Assembly (NCBI GenBank): GCA_963789965.1
Contig: CAWBMO010000001.1
Coordinates: 576,010 to 640,009, forward strand
Direction: 5' to 3'
Origin: an uncultured Acidobacteriota bacterium
Lineage (GTDB): Bacteria; Acidobacteriota; Vicinamibacteria; Vicinamibacterales; CAVVIG01
DNA: 64,000 nt
A model generated the notes under the pieces. The model did not search any database. It saw only the letters and a program-made list of their open reading frames with translations, and was not told where the DNA came from. Below are positions 1-9,270 of the stretch, piece after piece. Position 1 is the first letter of the stretch. Each line of letters opens with the position of its first letter. A program made the translations under genes and the position numbers.

Positions 1-163
1 GAAAACCGGTGATGTCCGACACATTGATCACCGCCAATCCGGCTTCGGTCAGCGCGCGCGCGGTGCCGCCGGTCGACACCAGCTCAAAGCCGCGCGAGGC
101 AAGGCCGCGGGCGACATCCACGATGCCGGTTTTGTCGGAAACGCTAATGAGAGCTCTTGGCAT
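1..163 (-). CDS. purH: Bifunctional AICAR formyltransferase/IMP cyclohydrolase, 5' part (runs off window)
   Basis: Minus-strand translation [38 protein letters not shown] matches the PurH N-terminus (SVSDKTG, STGGT). Confidence 0.93.
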   Translation of the reverse strand, partial: MPRALISVSDKTGIVDVARGLASRGFELVSTGGTARALTEAGLAVINVSDITGF

Positions 164-231
164 AAGGCGAAAACTTCAGTATTATCTCTGACGACGCCGG
201 GCGGGCCTGGCGCCGTAAGGGAAAGGCCGCA

Positions 232-249
232 TGCGCGGCCTTTTTTTTT
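232..249 (+). terminator. Intrinsic terminator-like hairpin (GGCCGC-ATGC-GCGGCC + T9)
   Basis: GC stem followed by nine T, between divergent purH and csp. Confidence 0.5.
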
Positions 250-338
250 GCTCCGGTAAATGGTACAGGCGGTACGAACCGGGGTTGGTTCAATGACGCG
301 GCTTCAGGTCGCGTCACAGCAAGTTAGGAAGAAGAACG

Positions 339-542
339 ATGCGCATCACAGGCAAGGTCAAATGGTTCAACAACGCCAAGGGGTACGGATTCATCGAACG
401 CGACGGAGGCAGTGATGTCTTCGTCCACTACTCAGCTATCCAGGGCGACGGATTCCGCTCGCTCGAGGAAGGCCAGGCAGTGGAGTTCGAGATCGTTGAC
501 GGCCCGAAGGGCCCGCAGGCCGGCAACGTCACGAAAATCTAA
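339..542 (+). CDS. cspA: Cold-shock protein
   Basis: GKVKWFN..KGYGFI and DVFVHYSAI (RNP1/RNP2), 67 aa. Confidence 0.96.
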   Translation: MRITGKVKWFNNAKGYGFIERDGGSDVFVHYSAIQGDGFRSLEEGQAVEFEIVDGPKGPQAGNVTKI

Positions 543-549
543 CCCTGTT

Positions 550-577
550 GTAGGGCAGAGGCCGCCCTCTGCCCTAC
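550..577. repeat. GTAG-type palindrome / bidirectional terminator
   Basis: GTAGGGCAGAGG-CCGC-CCTCTGCCCTAC, perfect 12-bp stem between convergent genes. Confidence 0.7.
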
Positions 578-1155
578 TCTTTCGCACCCTTCATCGCCCG
601 CGCCGTAAAACTGACTTTCCCATCCTTCACTGCCACACGAAACGCCACTTCGGGACTGCCGCCCTGCCGCAGTTTGCTCACCTGGCCCTTCACCAGGTCG
701 GCGAACTTGTGGAACGGCACGTTCTCCTCGCCCACTTCGCGGCGCGCTTCGGCGAGCGACTCGTAGAGTTCCGTGAGCTTGTCGATCTCGCGCACGGGAT
801 CCTTGAACGCGGCCACGCGCAGGATGCGGTCTTCGGCACCCTTCTTCGGCAGCTCTTTTTGAGTCGGCTTCTGGCCGAACGGTCCCGGGCGGCCCTCTTC
901 GCGCGCGCGCAGCCCGCGGTCCCACAGATCGATGAACGCCGCGAAGCGCGACTGCAGCGTGGTGAAGCGGAACCGGTCGCCCGTATTCTGGATATAGGCG
1001 CGGTCGTACTGCTTGACGAGCGATTCCACGCGGCTGCGGGTTTCCCATGGCGGCTTCGGCAGCCGACCGGAGAAGTACATGTTGTACTCGGCCTCGAGAC
1101 GCTTCAGTTCGCTCTCGAGCCGCGTCAAATCCCGTTCGACCTCGCTTGGCGGCAC
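574..1155 (-). CDS. Conserved protein, MXAN_5187 C-terminal-domain-like
   Basis: LEAEYNMYFSG..KPP, RFRFTTLQSRF, and C-terminal VAFRVAVKDGKVSFTA pattern. Confidence 0.7.
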   Translation of the reverse strand: MPPSEVERDLTRLESELKRLEAEYNMYFSGRLPKPPWETRSRVESLVKQYDRAYIQNTGDRFRFTTLQSRFAAFIDLWDRGLRAREEGRPGPFGQKPTQKELPKKGAEDRILRVAAFKDPVREIDKLTELYESLAEARREVGEENVPFHKFADLVKGQVSKLRQGGSPEVAFRVAVKDGKVSFTARAMKGAKE

Positions 1156-1159
1156 AGGA

Positions 1160-1576
1160 CTACCGGGCTACCCGCTGGATGAAGAACCACACCAGCGGCA
1201 GCCACAACTGCCGCGCGTACGGGACCGGCCGATCGTCAATCAACACCTCCGTCGCGTCGGCGCGCCCGACGATTTCGAAGACCTGGCGGAGCCGCTCGGC
1301 GTCCGCCGGCAAGAAACGCACGCGATAGCGACGGTCCACGCCGCTTCCCGTCTCGCGACACTCGGCCGCGCCGCGCGAGAGATCGAGCGCGCGCGCAAAG
1401 TCCGGCAGATCGAGTGGTGGAAACACGAGCGTGATCGAGAAGGGGTGCGGCGTCGGCCCGAACAGCGCGTCGTGCAGCTCGGGATCGAGCGAGGCGAGTT
1501 CCTCGTCGGTCGGCTGCTCGGGCAGATCCGCGTAGGGCCAGAACCGCTCAAGAGGACGGTGCTTCGGTGTCTCCAC
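1160..1576 (-). CDS. Hypothetical protein
   Basis: GTG start; METPKHRPLERFWPYADLPEQP...LWLPLVWFFI; fills the gap and is co-oriented with the downstream gene. Confidence 0.7.
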   Translation of the reverse strand: METPKHRPLERFWPYADLPEQPTDEELASLDPELHDALFGPTPHPFSITLVFPPLDLPDFARALDLSRGAAECRETGSGVDRRYRVRFLPADAERLRQVFEIVGRADATEVLIDDRPVPYARQLWLPLVWFFIQRVAR

Positions 1577-1590
1577 GGGAGCACCATAAT

Positions 1591-1622
1591 ATTGCAGAAT
1601 TGCAGGATTACAGAATGGCAGA
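1591..1622. repeat. 4 x 8-bp tandem repeat (ATTGCAGA-like)
   Basis: attgcaga attgcagg attacaga atggcaga. Confidence 0.7.
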
Positions 1623-1645
1623 AGGGATTGTCGGAAGGACCTGCA

Positions 1646-2122
1646 ATGGAGAAGATCCTGATCAGCGCGTGTCTGCTGGGAGAACGCGTGCGATACCACG
1701 GCGGTGACGCGCGGATCGAGCATCCGATCCTGCGGCGCTGGCAGGAAGACGGGCGGCTTGTTCCCCTCTGTCCCGAGGTCACCGGGGGCCTCGCAACGCC
1801 GCGGCCCGCGGCTGAAATCACGGTGACGCCGGTAGGGCGGCGCGTGTCGACCGCGGCCGGGCAGGATGTGACCGGCGCCTTCGAACGCGGGGCGGAGGCG
1901 GCGGCGAACGCGTGTGCCGCCCATGGCATTCGCATCGCGATCTTGAAAGACGGCAGCCCCTCGTGCGGCAGCCGTTCGATTTACGACGGCACCTTCAGCG
2001 GTCAACAGGTCAAGGGCGATGGCATGACCGCGGTGCGCTTGCGTGCAGCAGGCGTCAGGATCTTCACCGAATCTGAGATTGAGGCAGCGAGCGGCTATCT
2101 CGATTCACTAAAACCCAGGTAA
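1646..2122 (+). CDS. DUF523 / 2-thiouracil desulfurase-family protein
   Basis: ILISACLLGERVRYHG, CPEV.GGL.TPR and LKDGSPSCG motifs. Confidence 0.9.
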   Translation: MEKILISACLLGERVRYHGGDARIEHPILRRWQEDGRLVPLCPEVTGGLATPRPAAEITVTPVGRRVSTAAGQDVTGAFERGAEAAANACAAHGIRIAILKDGSPSCGSRSIYDGTFSGQQVKGDGMTAVRLRAAGVRIFTESEIEAASGYLDSLKPR

Positions 2123-2227
2123 AAGCGCTACCACAGAGGACACGGAACGCAAACGGAGAACACGGAAGTTACATTTTGTTCATCCGTTCCCTCCTGTCGA
2201 CCTCCGTGGCCTCCGTGGTAGCGCTTT
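2122..2227. repeat. Inverted-repeat element built from CACGGAG-like units
   Basis: AAAGCGCTACCAC...GTGGTAGCGCTTT 13-bp terminal IR with internal cacgga/tccgtgg units. Confidence 0.8.
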
Positions 2228-3660
2228 CAGAAGATTGTCGAGATTGACGCGGCCGCCCAGTCGAGCACGCGGGTTGGCAGGATGCCGAGATAGAACACGA
2301 GGACGGCGGAAACCACCAGCGCGAATCCGGCGATCCCCGGCACCGCGGGAAACTGAGCCGGCTGATCGCTCGGCGTCATGTACATCATGACGACGATGCG
2401 CAGGTAGAAGAAGACGGCGACGACGCTCGTCAGGACGCCCAGAATGGCGAGCCAGGTGTAGCCGGCTTTGACCGCGGCGCTGAAGACGTACCATTTGGCG
2501 ATGAATCCGGCGAGCGGCGGAAAGCCTCCGAGCGACAGCAGAAAGATCGTCATGAGGGCGGCCAGCGCTGGATGGTCGCTCCACAGGCCTGCGTAATCCT
2601 GCACGCGATCGTTCGGGCGATTGGCATTGTCGAGCATCGCGATGACGCCAAAGGCGCCGAGGTTGGTGACGGAGTACGCGAGCAGATAGAACAGCACCGC
2701 GCCTTTACCGAGGTCGTTCGCCGCGAGCAGGGCCACAAGGAGGTACCCGCCGTGGGCGATGCTGGAGTACGCGAGCATTCGCTTGACGTTCGACTGCGCC
2801 ACGCCGACCACGGTCCCGACGATCATGGTCGCCGCGGCGACGGCCCACAGGACTGGACCCCACTGCGCCTTGAGCGGCTCGAAGGCCGAAAGAAACACGC
2901 GCGCAAACGCCGCAAACGCGGCGGCCTTCACGCCCGTCGACATGAAGCCGGTGACGGCAGGCGGCGCAGCCTCGTACACGTCTGGCGTCCACATGTGAAA
3001 GGGGACGGCAGACACCTTGAACGCAAATCCGACGAGCAGCAGGCCGAGCGCCAGCAACTGCATCGGCGTGGGCGCCAGCGCCTGCGCGGCAATCAGGCTG
3101 CCGATCCGATCGAGGCGCGTGCTGCCCGTCACGCCATACGTAAACGCGATGCCGTAGAGAAAGAACGCGCTCGAAAACGCGCCGAGAAGAAAATACTTCA
3201 GGGCGGCCTCCGTCCCGAGTGGCGAATCGCGACGGATTCCCGTGAGGACATAGACGGCGAGCGACAGCACTTCGAGCGCGAGAAAGATAAGCAGCAGATC
3301 GGACGCCGTCGCCATCAGCATCATGCCGGCGATGGCAAACAGCATCAGCGCGTAATACTCGCCCTGCGGCAGCCGCTCGCGCTCGACCGTCGGCCCCGAG
3401 AAAGCCAGCGACAGGAGGCCGACGACAATGAGCACCATGGTGACGAACAGGCCGAAATTGTCGGCCTGAACGACGCCGAAGCTCGAGGTGTTGTGGTTCC
3501 ACAAGAGCACGCAGGCGACCGCCGCCCCGGTCAGGCCGATGGCGCCCAGGGGCCCAATCGGCATGCGCTCACCCGGTGCTCGGAACGCTTCGGCGACCAT
3601 CGCGGCAATCGCCGCCGCGGTCACACACAGCATCGGAACGATGGCGTTCAAGGAGGTCAT
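2227..3660 (-). CDS. nuoN: NADH-quinone oxidoreductase subunit N
   Basis: EAALKYFLLG, FKVSAVPFHMWTPDVYE, KRMLAYSSIAH; start overlaps the nuoM stop (ATGA). Confidence 0.96.
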   Translation of the reverse strand: MTSLNAIVPMLCVTAAAIAAMVAEAFRAPGERMPIGPLGAIGLTGAAVACVLLWNHNTSSFGVVQADNFGLFVTMVLIVVGLLSLAFSGPTVERERLPQGEYYALMLFAIAGMMLMATASDLLLIFLALEVLSLAVYVLTGIRRDSPLGTEAALKYFLLGAFSSAFFLYGIAFTYGVTGSTRLDRIGSLIAAQALAPTPMQLLALGLLLVGFAFKVSAVPFHMWTPDVYEAAPPAVTGFMSTGVKAAAFAAFARVFLSAFEPLKAQWGPVLWAVAAATMIVGTVVGVAQSNVKRMLAYSSIAHGGYLLVALLAANDLGKGAVLFYLLAYSVTNLGAFGVIAMLDNANRPNDRVQDYAGLWSDHPALAALMTIFLLSLGGFPPLAGFIAKWYVFSAAVKAGYTWLAILGVLTSVVAVFFYLRIVVMMYMTPSDQPAQFPAVPGIAGFALVVSAVLVFYLGILPTRVLDWAAASISTIF

Positions 3661-5270
3661 CGTGGGTGGTCGCTGGTCGTTGGTCGTTGGTCGTTGGTCG
3701 TTAGTCGTTGGTCGTTGGCCACTGGCAACTGGCCGCCCGTGACTGGGCGCTGGTCCGCGCGCGCCTGGATGCGCGCCGGCGCCTGCGCACGCACCTGGCT
3801 GATCATGCGCGCGGCTGATGGCTCGATGGGGCGAAGAAACAGGTTCGGCAGCACTCCCATCAGGACCGTCGCCGCGACGATCGGCACGAGCACGACCCAC
3901 TCGCGCGGCGTGAGATCCCTCATCCCCGCATTCTTCTCATTGCTCACGGGTCCGTAGTTGACGCGTTGGAACATCCAGAGCATGTAGGTGGCCGACAGCA
4001 CGACCCCGGTCGCGGCGAACGCCGCCAGGCGCGGGTTCCAGCGGAACGCGCCGAGCAGAATCAGAAACTCGCCGACGAATCCGTTCAGTCCTGGCAGGCC
4101 GATCGAAGCGAGCGTGATGATCAGAAACACGGCGACCAGGTGCGGAACGACCCCTTTCAAGCCGCCGTACTCCGCAATCAGCCTCGTATGTCGCCGGTCC
4201 GACAGCATGCCGACGATGAGGAAGAGACCGCCGGTGGTGACGCCATGGTTGAGCATCTGGTAGACGGCGCCCTGCACGCCCTGGATATTCAGTGCCGTGA
4301 TACCCAGCACGACGAACCCGAGATGGCTGACGCTCGAATAGGCCACGAGTTTCTTCATGTCCGGCTGGACCATCGCCACGAGCGCGCCATAGATGATGCC
4401 GACGACCGCGAGCAGGGCCAGGTAAGGCGCGAAGAACGATGCGGCCAGCGGAAAGAGCGGAAACGCGAAGCGCACGAGCCCATAGGTGCCCATCTTCAAC
4501 AGCACGCCGGCGAGCAGGACCGAGCCGGCGGTCGGCGCCTCGACGTGCGCGTCGGGCAACCATGTGTGAAACGGAAACAACGGCACTTTGATGGCGAACG
4601 AGAGTGCAAACGCCAGGAAGAACCAGAACTGCAGGTTGGCGGGAATCTGCAGCTGGTACATCCGCGTCAGGTCGAAGCTGTAGCTGCCGGCGACGGTGCT
4701 GTGCAGAAACGCCAGCCCGAGAATCGCCAGCAGCATCAGCACGCTGCCGCCCAGCGTGTACAGGATGAACTTCACCGCCGCGTACACGCGCCGCTCGTAA
4801 CCCCAAATGCCGATGAGGAAGTACATCGGAATGAGCATCGCGTCCCAGAACACGTAGAACAGGAACAGATCGAGCGAGATGAACACCCCCATCATCGCGC
4901 TCTCGAGCAGCAGCACGAGGACGCAGAACGCCCTGGTGTGCTTGTGCACCGACTCCCACGATCCGAGAAGAGCGAGCGGCGTCAGAAATCCGGTCAGGAC
5001 GAGCAGGAGCAGGCTGATGCCGTCCACTCCGACGAAATAGCTGATTCCGAACGCGGGGATCCACGCATGACGCTCGACGAACTGAAAGTCGGCCGACCCC
5101 GGGTCGAAACGGGCCCAGAGCAGCAGCGTCTCGAGGAACACGAGCACCGACACGAGCAGCGCGCCGGTCCGCAGCGTCTTCTCGTGCTGCTCGTCGTCCT
5201 TCACGAACAGCAGCAGGATCGCGCCAACGATCGGCAGGACGATCAGGGACGTGAGGATGGGAAGATTCAT
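3657..5270 (-). CDS. nuoM: NADH-quinone oxidoreductase subunit M (C-terminal tail encoded by a 7-mer repeat)
   Basis: KVPLFPFHTWLPDAHVEAPT, LLKMGTYG, KKLVAYSSVSH. Confidence 0.96.
   Translation of the reverse strand: MNLPILTSLIVLPIVGAILLLFVKDDEQHEKTLRTGALLVSVLVFLETLLLWARFDPGSADFQFVERHAWIPAFGISYFVGVDGISLLLLVLTGFLTPLALLGSWESVHKHTRAFCVLVLLLESAMMGVFISLDLFLFYVFWDAMLIPMYFLIGIWGYERRVYAAVKFILYTLGGSVLMLLAILGLAFLHSTVAGSYSFDLTRMYQLQIPANLQFWFFLAFALSFAIKVPLFPFHTWLPDAHVEAPTAGSVLLAGVLLKMGTYGLVRFAFPLFPLAASFFAPYLALLAVVGIIYGALVAMVQPDMKKLVAYSSVSHLGFVVLGITALNIQGVQGAVYQMLNHGVTTGGLFLIVGMLSDRRHTRLIAEYGGLKGVVPHLVAVFLIITLASIGLPGLNGFVGEFLILLGAFRWNPRLAAFAATGVVLSATYMLWMFQRVNYGPVSNEKNAGMRDLTPREWVVLVPIVAATVLMGVLPNLFLRPIEPSAARMISQVRAQAPARIQARADQRPVTGGQLPVANDQRLTTNDQRPTTSDHPR
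3672..3735. repeat. 7-bp tandem repeat (GGTCGTT)n in the nuoM 3' end
   Basis: About 6 copies, translated as NDQRLTTNDQRPTT. Confidence 0.85.
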
Positions 5271-5277
5271 CGCGTAT

Positions 5278-5357
5278 GAGCCGGCTCCAGGCTCCAGGCT
5301 CCGGGCTCCGGGCTCCGGGCATGGCCCAACGCCAAGAGCCCAAAGCCTAAAGTCAGG
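5278..5357. repeat. 7-bp tandem repeats (GGCTCC[A/G])n then AAGCC(C/T)-type units between nuoL and nuoM
   Basis: ggctcca ggctcca ggctccg ggctccg ggctccg ... gccaaga gcccaaa gcctaaa. Confidence 0.8.
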
Positions 5358-5364
5358 GTTTCCG

Positions 5365-7275
5365 CTATCGCCACAGGTAATACCCCAGCACCATCACGAC
5401 TCCGAGAAACAGCGAGGCTGCGTACGCCCGCACCGAGCCGGTCTGAAGACGACGGAGGATCTCGCTGCCACCCCGCACCGCCTGCGCGACACCGTTGACC
5501 GCGCCGTCGATCAGCCGCACGTCGATCGGCCACAGTCCGTCCCTGGAGACGATGTGAATCGGCTGGACCACCGCGGCATCGTAGATCTCGTCGACGTAAT
5601 ACTTGTGCTCGAGGACGCGGTGCAGCCCGGCGAACTGCCGGGCGACGCGGTCGGCGGCCTCGCGCGTTTTCAGGAAGAAGTACACCGCCAGGCCAATTCC
5701 GGCCACAGCCACGATTGACGACACCGCCATCAACGTCGTTTCAATCCCGGCGCCGGCGCCCGCCTCCTCGGCCCGCAGCGCGAAGCTTGGCTCGAGAAAC
5801 CGTTCGAAACGCCCGCCAAGGCTGGCGTAGCCGGCCACGACCGATCCGATGGCCAGCACTATCAAGGCGATGGCCATGGCCGGAGGAGCGTCGTGCAAAT
5901 GTGGCCCGTGACCTCCGTCGTGCTCTCCGTGTCCTTCGTGGTGGTGCTTTTCGCCAAAAAACGCGAGAAACACCAGGCGGAACATGTAGATCGCCGTCAG
6001 GAGCGAGGTCAGGACGCCGATCGTCCAGAGCAGCGTGTGGCCGCCGACGAACGTGCGGAACAGAATTTCGTCCTTGCTGAAGAACCCGGCCAGTCCGGGC
6101 ACGCCGGCGATCGCCAGCGAGCCGATGAGAAAGGTCCAGTAGGTGATCGGGAGGTCGTTCTTCAAGCCGCCCATCCGCCGCAGATCCTGCTCGCCGGCGA
6201 GCGCGTGAATGACCGCGCCCGATCCGAGGAACAGCAGCGCTTTGAAGAAGGCGTGCGTATAGAGATGAAAGATGCCCGCCCCGTAGGCGCCGACACCCAT
6301 CGCGAGAAACATGTAGCCGAGCTGGGAGACGGTCGAGTACGCGAGGACGCGCTTGATGTCGTTCTGCACCAGGGCGATGCTGCCGGCCATCAGGGCCGTC
6401 GCGGCGCCGACGATCGCGACGATCGTCAAGGTCTGCGGCGCGTGGCTGAACAGGAGCGCGTTGCGCCCAATCATGTACACACCCGCCGTCACCATCGTGG
6501 CCGCATGGATGAGCGCCGAAACCGGCGTCGGGCCCTCCATGGCATCCGGCAACCAGACGAACAGCGGAATCTGCGCGGACTTGCCGGTCGCGCCGATGAA
6601 GAGCAGCAGGGTAATGACCGAGATCGTGCCGAATGTCGTCTCCGGAGCGAGCGGGGCGACCGACTGCGCGATCTCCTGAAAATCGAGCGTACCGAAGCGC
6701 ACGACGATCAGCAGCACGCCCAGCACGAACGCGACGTCGCCGATGCGGTTGACGATGAACGCTTTCTTGCCCGCGTCGGTCGCTGACTGCTTCTGATACC
6801 AGAAGCCAATCAGCAAGTACGAACAAAGGCCTACGCCCTCCCAGCCGACAAACATCACGAGGAAGTTCGAGCCGAGCACAAGCACGAGCATGAACGCCGC
6901 AAAGAGATTCAGGTACGAGAAGTACCGCGCGAACTCGGAGTGGCTCTCCTCGTGCATGTAGGCGGTCGAATAGATGTGAATCAGCAGCCCGATGCCCGAG
7001 ACGATCAGGATCATCACCGACGCGAGCGGATCAAGGCGCAGCGCGAATGGGACGCTGAAATCGCCGGATGTGATCCAGCTGAAGAACGGCTGCGTGATGA
7101 CGCGGGCTTCGGGCTCGAGCGCGAGCAGCCCCCGAACGGCCGTAAGAGACACGGCGAAGGATCCGGCCATCGCCGCACACGCGACCGCCCCGGCCGCGCC
7201 TTTGCCGATCCGCCGCCCCAAGCCGGCGTTCAGCAGGAACCCGACAAACGGTAACAGAGGAATAAGCAGGAGCAT
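5365..7275 (-). CDS. nuoL: NADH-quinone oxidoreductase subunit L
   Basis: GWEGVGLCSYLLIGFW, GKSAQIPL..WLPDAMEGPTPVSALIHAATMV. Confidence 0.97.
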   Translation of the reverse strand: MLLLIPLLPFVGFLLNAGLGRRIGKGAAGAVACAAMAGSFAVSLTAVRGLLALEPEARVITQPFFSWITSGDFSVPFALRLDPLASVMILIVSGIGLLIHIYSTAYMHEESHSEFARYFSYLNLFAAFMLVLVLGSNFLVMFVGWEGVGLCSYLLIGFWYQKQSATDAGKKAFIVNRIGDVAFVLGVLLIVVRFGTLDFQEIAQSVAPLAPETTFGTISVITLLLFIGATGKSAQIPLFVWLPDAMEGPTPVSALIHAATMVTAGVYMIGRNALLFSHAPQTLTIVAIVGAATALMAGSIALVQNDIKRVLAYSTVSQLGYMFLAMGVGAYGAGIFHLYTHAFFKALLFLGSGAVIHALAGEQDLRRMGGLKNDLPITYWTFLIGSLAIAGVPGLAGFFSKDEILFRTFVGGHTLLWTIGVLTSLLTAIYMFRLVFLAFFGEKHHHEGHGEHDGGHGPHLHDAPPAMAIALIVLAIGSVVAGYASLGGRFERFLEPSFALRAEEAGAGAGIETTLMAVSSIVAVAGIGLAVYFFLKTREAADRVARQFAGLHRVLEHKYYVDEIYDAAVVQPIHIVSRDGLWPIDVRLIDGAVNGVAQAVRGGSEILRRLQTGSVRAYAASLFLGVVMVLGYYLWR

Positions 7276-7276
7276 C

Positions 7277-7347
7277 AAACGCAACCACGAAGACACAAAG
7301 ACACGAAAAAGAAGAACTCTTCTTCGTGTTTTCGTGTTTTCGTGGCC
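7277..7347. repeat. Hairpin element of 8-bp units (CACGAAGA/TCTTCGTG)
   Basis: ccacgaagacacaaagacacgaa...ttcgtgttttcgtgttttcgtgg; same family as 9195-9268. Confidence 0.85.
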
Positions 7348-7354
7348 ATCCCTT

Positions 7355-7657
7355 TTACCATTTGAGTTGTGTAAACATGTCGGGGTTGAGTGACTCGCGG
7401 TGACGGAACAGCGCGATGACGATGGCGAGGCCGACGGCCGCCTCGGCCGCCGCCACGGTCATGACGAAGAACACGATGATCTGGCCGTCCGCCGACCCCA
7501 TCGCCCGTCCAAACGCGACGAACGTCAGGTTGACCGCGTTCAACATGATTTCGATCGACAGCAGGATCGTGATGAGATTGCGCCGTACGAAGACGCCTGC
7601 CGTGCCGATGGCGAAGAGCACCGCCGACAGAAGCAGGTAGTGGTTCAGCGTTGGCAT
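7355..7657 (-). CDS. nuoK: NADH-quinone oxidoreductase subunit K
   Basis: [30 protein letters not shown]. Confidence 0.97.
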   Translation of the reverse strand: MPTLNHYLLLSAVLFAIGTAGVFVRRNLITILLSIEIMLNAVNLTFVAFGRAMGSADGQIIVFFVMTVAAAEAAVGLAIVIALFRHRESLNPDMFTQLKW

Positions 7658-8164
7658 TTATCCCTTTTCGCGCTGGGCCAGCACCACGGCGCCGACCATC
7701 GCCACGAGGATCAACACCGAGGTGACCTCGAAAGCAAACGCGTAATCAGTAAAGAGGGAACGGCCGATCGCGGCGACCGAGGTCGTGGACCCGCCGGCGA
7801 AGGCGCCCGATTCGCCTCCCTCGGTCAGCGCCCAGGCCAGCTCGGAGGCGAGCACCACCGCGAGAAACGCGCCGAACCGCAGCGGCCCGCTGCGCAGGAG
7901 GATATGACGGCGCTCGTCCGCCTCCGTGTCCTCGTGGGGCGCATTGAGCAGCATGACCACGAAGAGAAACAGCACCATGATCGCGCCGGCGTAGACGACG
8001 ATCTGAATCACCGCCACGAACGGCGCGTCCAGCATGACGTACAGACCGGAGAGCGCGCCGAACGAGGCGATGAGGAGCAGCACACTGTAGATGGGATTGC
8101 GCTGCGCAATCACCAGCAGTGACGCCCCGACCGCGACCGCCGCAAACACGTAAAACAAGGTCAT
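7658..8164 (-). CDS. nuoJ: NADH-quinone oxidoreductase subunit J
   Basis: NPIYSVL, QIVVYAGAIMVLFLFVVMLL, FEVTSVLILVAMVGA. Confidence 0.96.
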   Translation of the reverse strand: MTLFYVFAAVAVGASLLVIAQRNPIYSVLLLIASFGALSGLYVMLDAPFVAVIQIVVYAGAIMVLFLFVVMLLNAPHEDTEADERRHILLRSGPLRFGAFLAVVLASELAWALTEGGESGAFAGGSTTSVAAIGRSLFTDYAFAFEVTSVLILVAMVGAVVLAQREKG

Positions 8165-9186
8165 GTCGTGAGGTACAGAACCGCCGCCGCCGTGGCCAGC
8201 AGGTTGACGACCGCGAGCGGCAGCAGCACCTTCCAGCCGAACGCCATCAACTGGTCGTAGCGGTAACGCGGCAGGGTCCACCGCATCCACACGTAGAAGA
8301 ACAGAATGGCGCCGACCTTGAGCAGGAACCAGATCCACCCGTACTCCTCCGGCAGGAACGGCCCATGCCATCCGCCGAGGTACAGGTTGGTCGCCACGGC
8401 CGACACCGTGACCATGTTGATGTACTCCGCGAGGAAAAACATCGCGAAGCTCATGCTGCTGTACTCGGTGTGATAGCCGGCGACGAGCTCCTGCTCGGCC
8501 TCGGGGAAGTCAAACGGCGCGCGATTGGTTTCCGCGATCCCGGCCAGCATGTAAATGATGAACCCGAGCGGCTGCACGAAGATGAACCACCGCGGCAGGA
8601 TGCCCAGCCACGTGCCGGCCTGCCCGTTGACGAGCTCGCGGAGCGACAGCGAATTGCCGATGAGCAGCACGCTCGCCAGCGCGAGACCGTACGACAGCTC
8701 GTAGCTGATCATCTGCGCGGACGAGCGCAGGCTTCCGAGCAGCGAATATTTGCTGTTCGAGCTCCACCCGGCCAGCACGATGCCGTACACGCTCATCGAG
8801 CCGATCGCGAAGATGACGAGCACCGCCACGTTGACATCGGCCACCTGCAGCCGCAACGGGGTATCCAGGAGGCCGAACAGCGTCGTGTCGGCGCCGAACG
8901 GCACGACCGCGAACGCGGCAAACGCGCACGTCGCGGCAATGATCGGCGCGAGCGCAAAGAGGAACGCGTCGGCCGCCTTCGGCCGCAGCTCCTCTTTGAA
9001 CATCAGCTTCACCACGTCGGCAAGCGGCTGCAGCAATCCCTTCGGCCCGACGAGATACGGCCCCAGACGCTGCTGGAGCATCGCCGCGACCTTCCGTTCG
9101 ACGTAGACCATCACGGCCGCCGAGTTCAGCAGCATGAAGAAGACGAAGAGCGTCAGCACGATCTGCGCGATGAACAGCGGTGTCAT
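8161..9186 (-). CDS. nuoH: NADH-quinone oxidoreductase subunit H
   Basis: ERKV...QQRLGP, GLLQPLAD, ETNRAPFDFPEAEQELVAGYHTEYS. Confidence 0.97.
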   Translation of the reverse strand: MTPLFIAQIVLTLFVFFMLLNSAAVMVYVERKVAAMLQQRLGPYLVGPKGLLQPLADVVKLMFKEELRPKAADAFLFALAPIIAATCAFAAFAVVPFGADTTLFGLLDTPLRLQVADVNVAVLVIFAIGSMSVYGIVLAGWSSNSKYSLLGSLRSSAQMISYELSYGLALASVLLIGNSLSLRELVNGQAGTWLGILPRWFIFVQPLGFIIYMLAGIAETNRAPFDFPEAEQELVAGYHTEYSSMSFAMFFLAEYINMVTVSAVATNLYLGGWHGPFLPEEYGWIWFLLKVGAILFFYVWMRWTLPRYRYDQLMAFGWKVLLPLAVVNLLATAAAVLYLTT

Positions 9187-9194
9187 ATCGACAA

Positions 9195-9268
9195 AACGCA
9201 ACCACGAAAACACGAAGACACGGAGAACACCATTTTCATTTTCGTGTTTTCGTGTCTTCGTGGTTGCA
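9195..9268. repeat. Hairpin element of 8-bp units, second copy
   Basis: gcaaccacgaaaacacgaagacacg...cgtgttttcgtgtcttcgtggttgc. Confidence 0.85.
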
Positions 9269-9270
9269 TT

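Noticed and set aside
164-338. ZMP/ZTP riboswitch upstream of purH
   Set aside because: I could not find the characteristic conserved segments on the minus strand.
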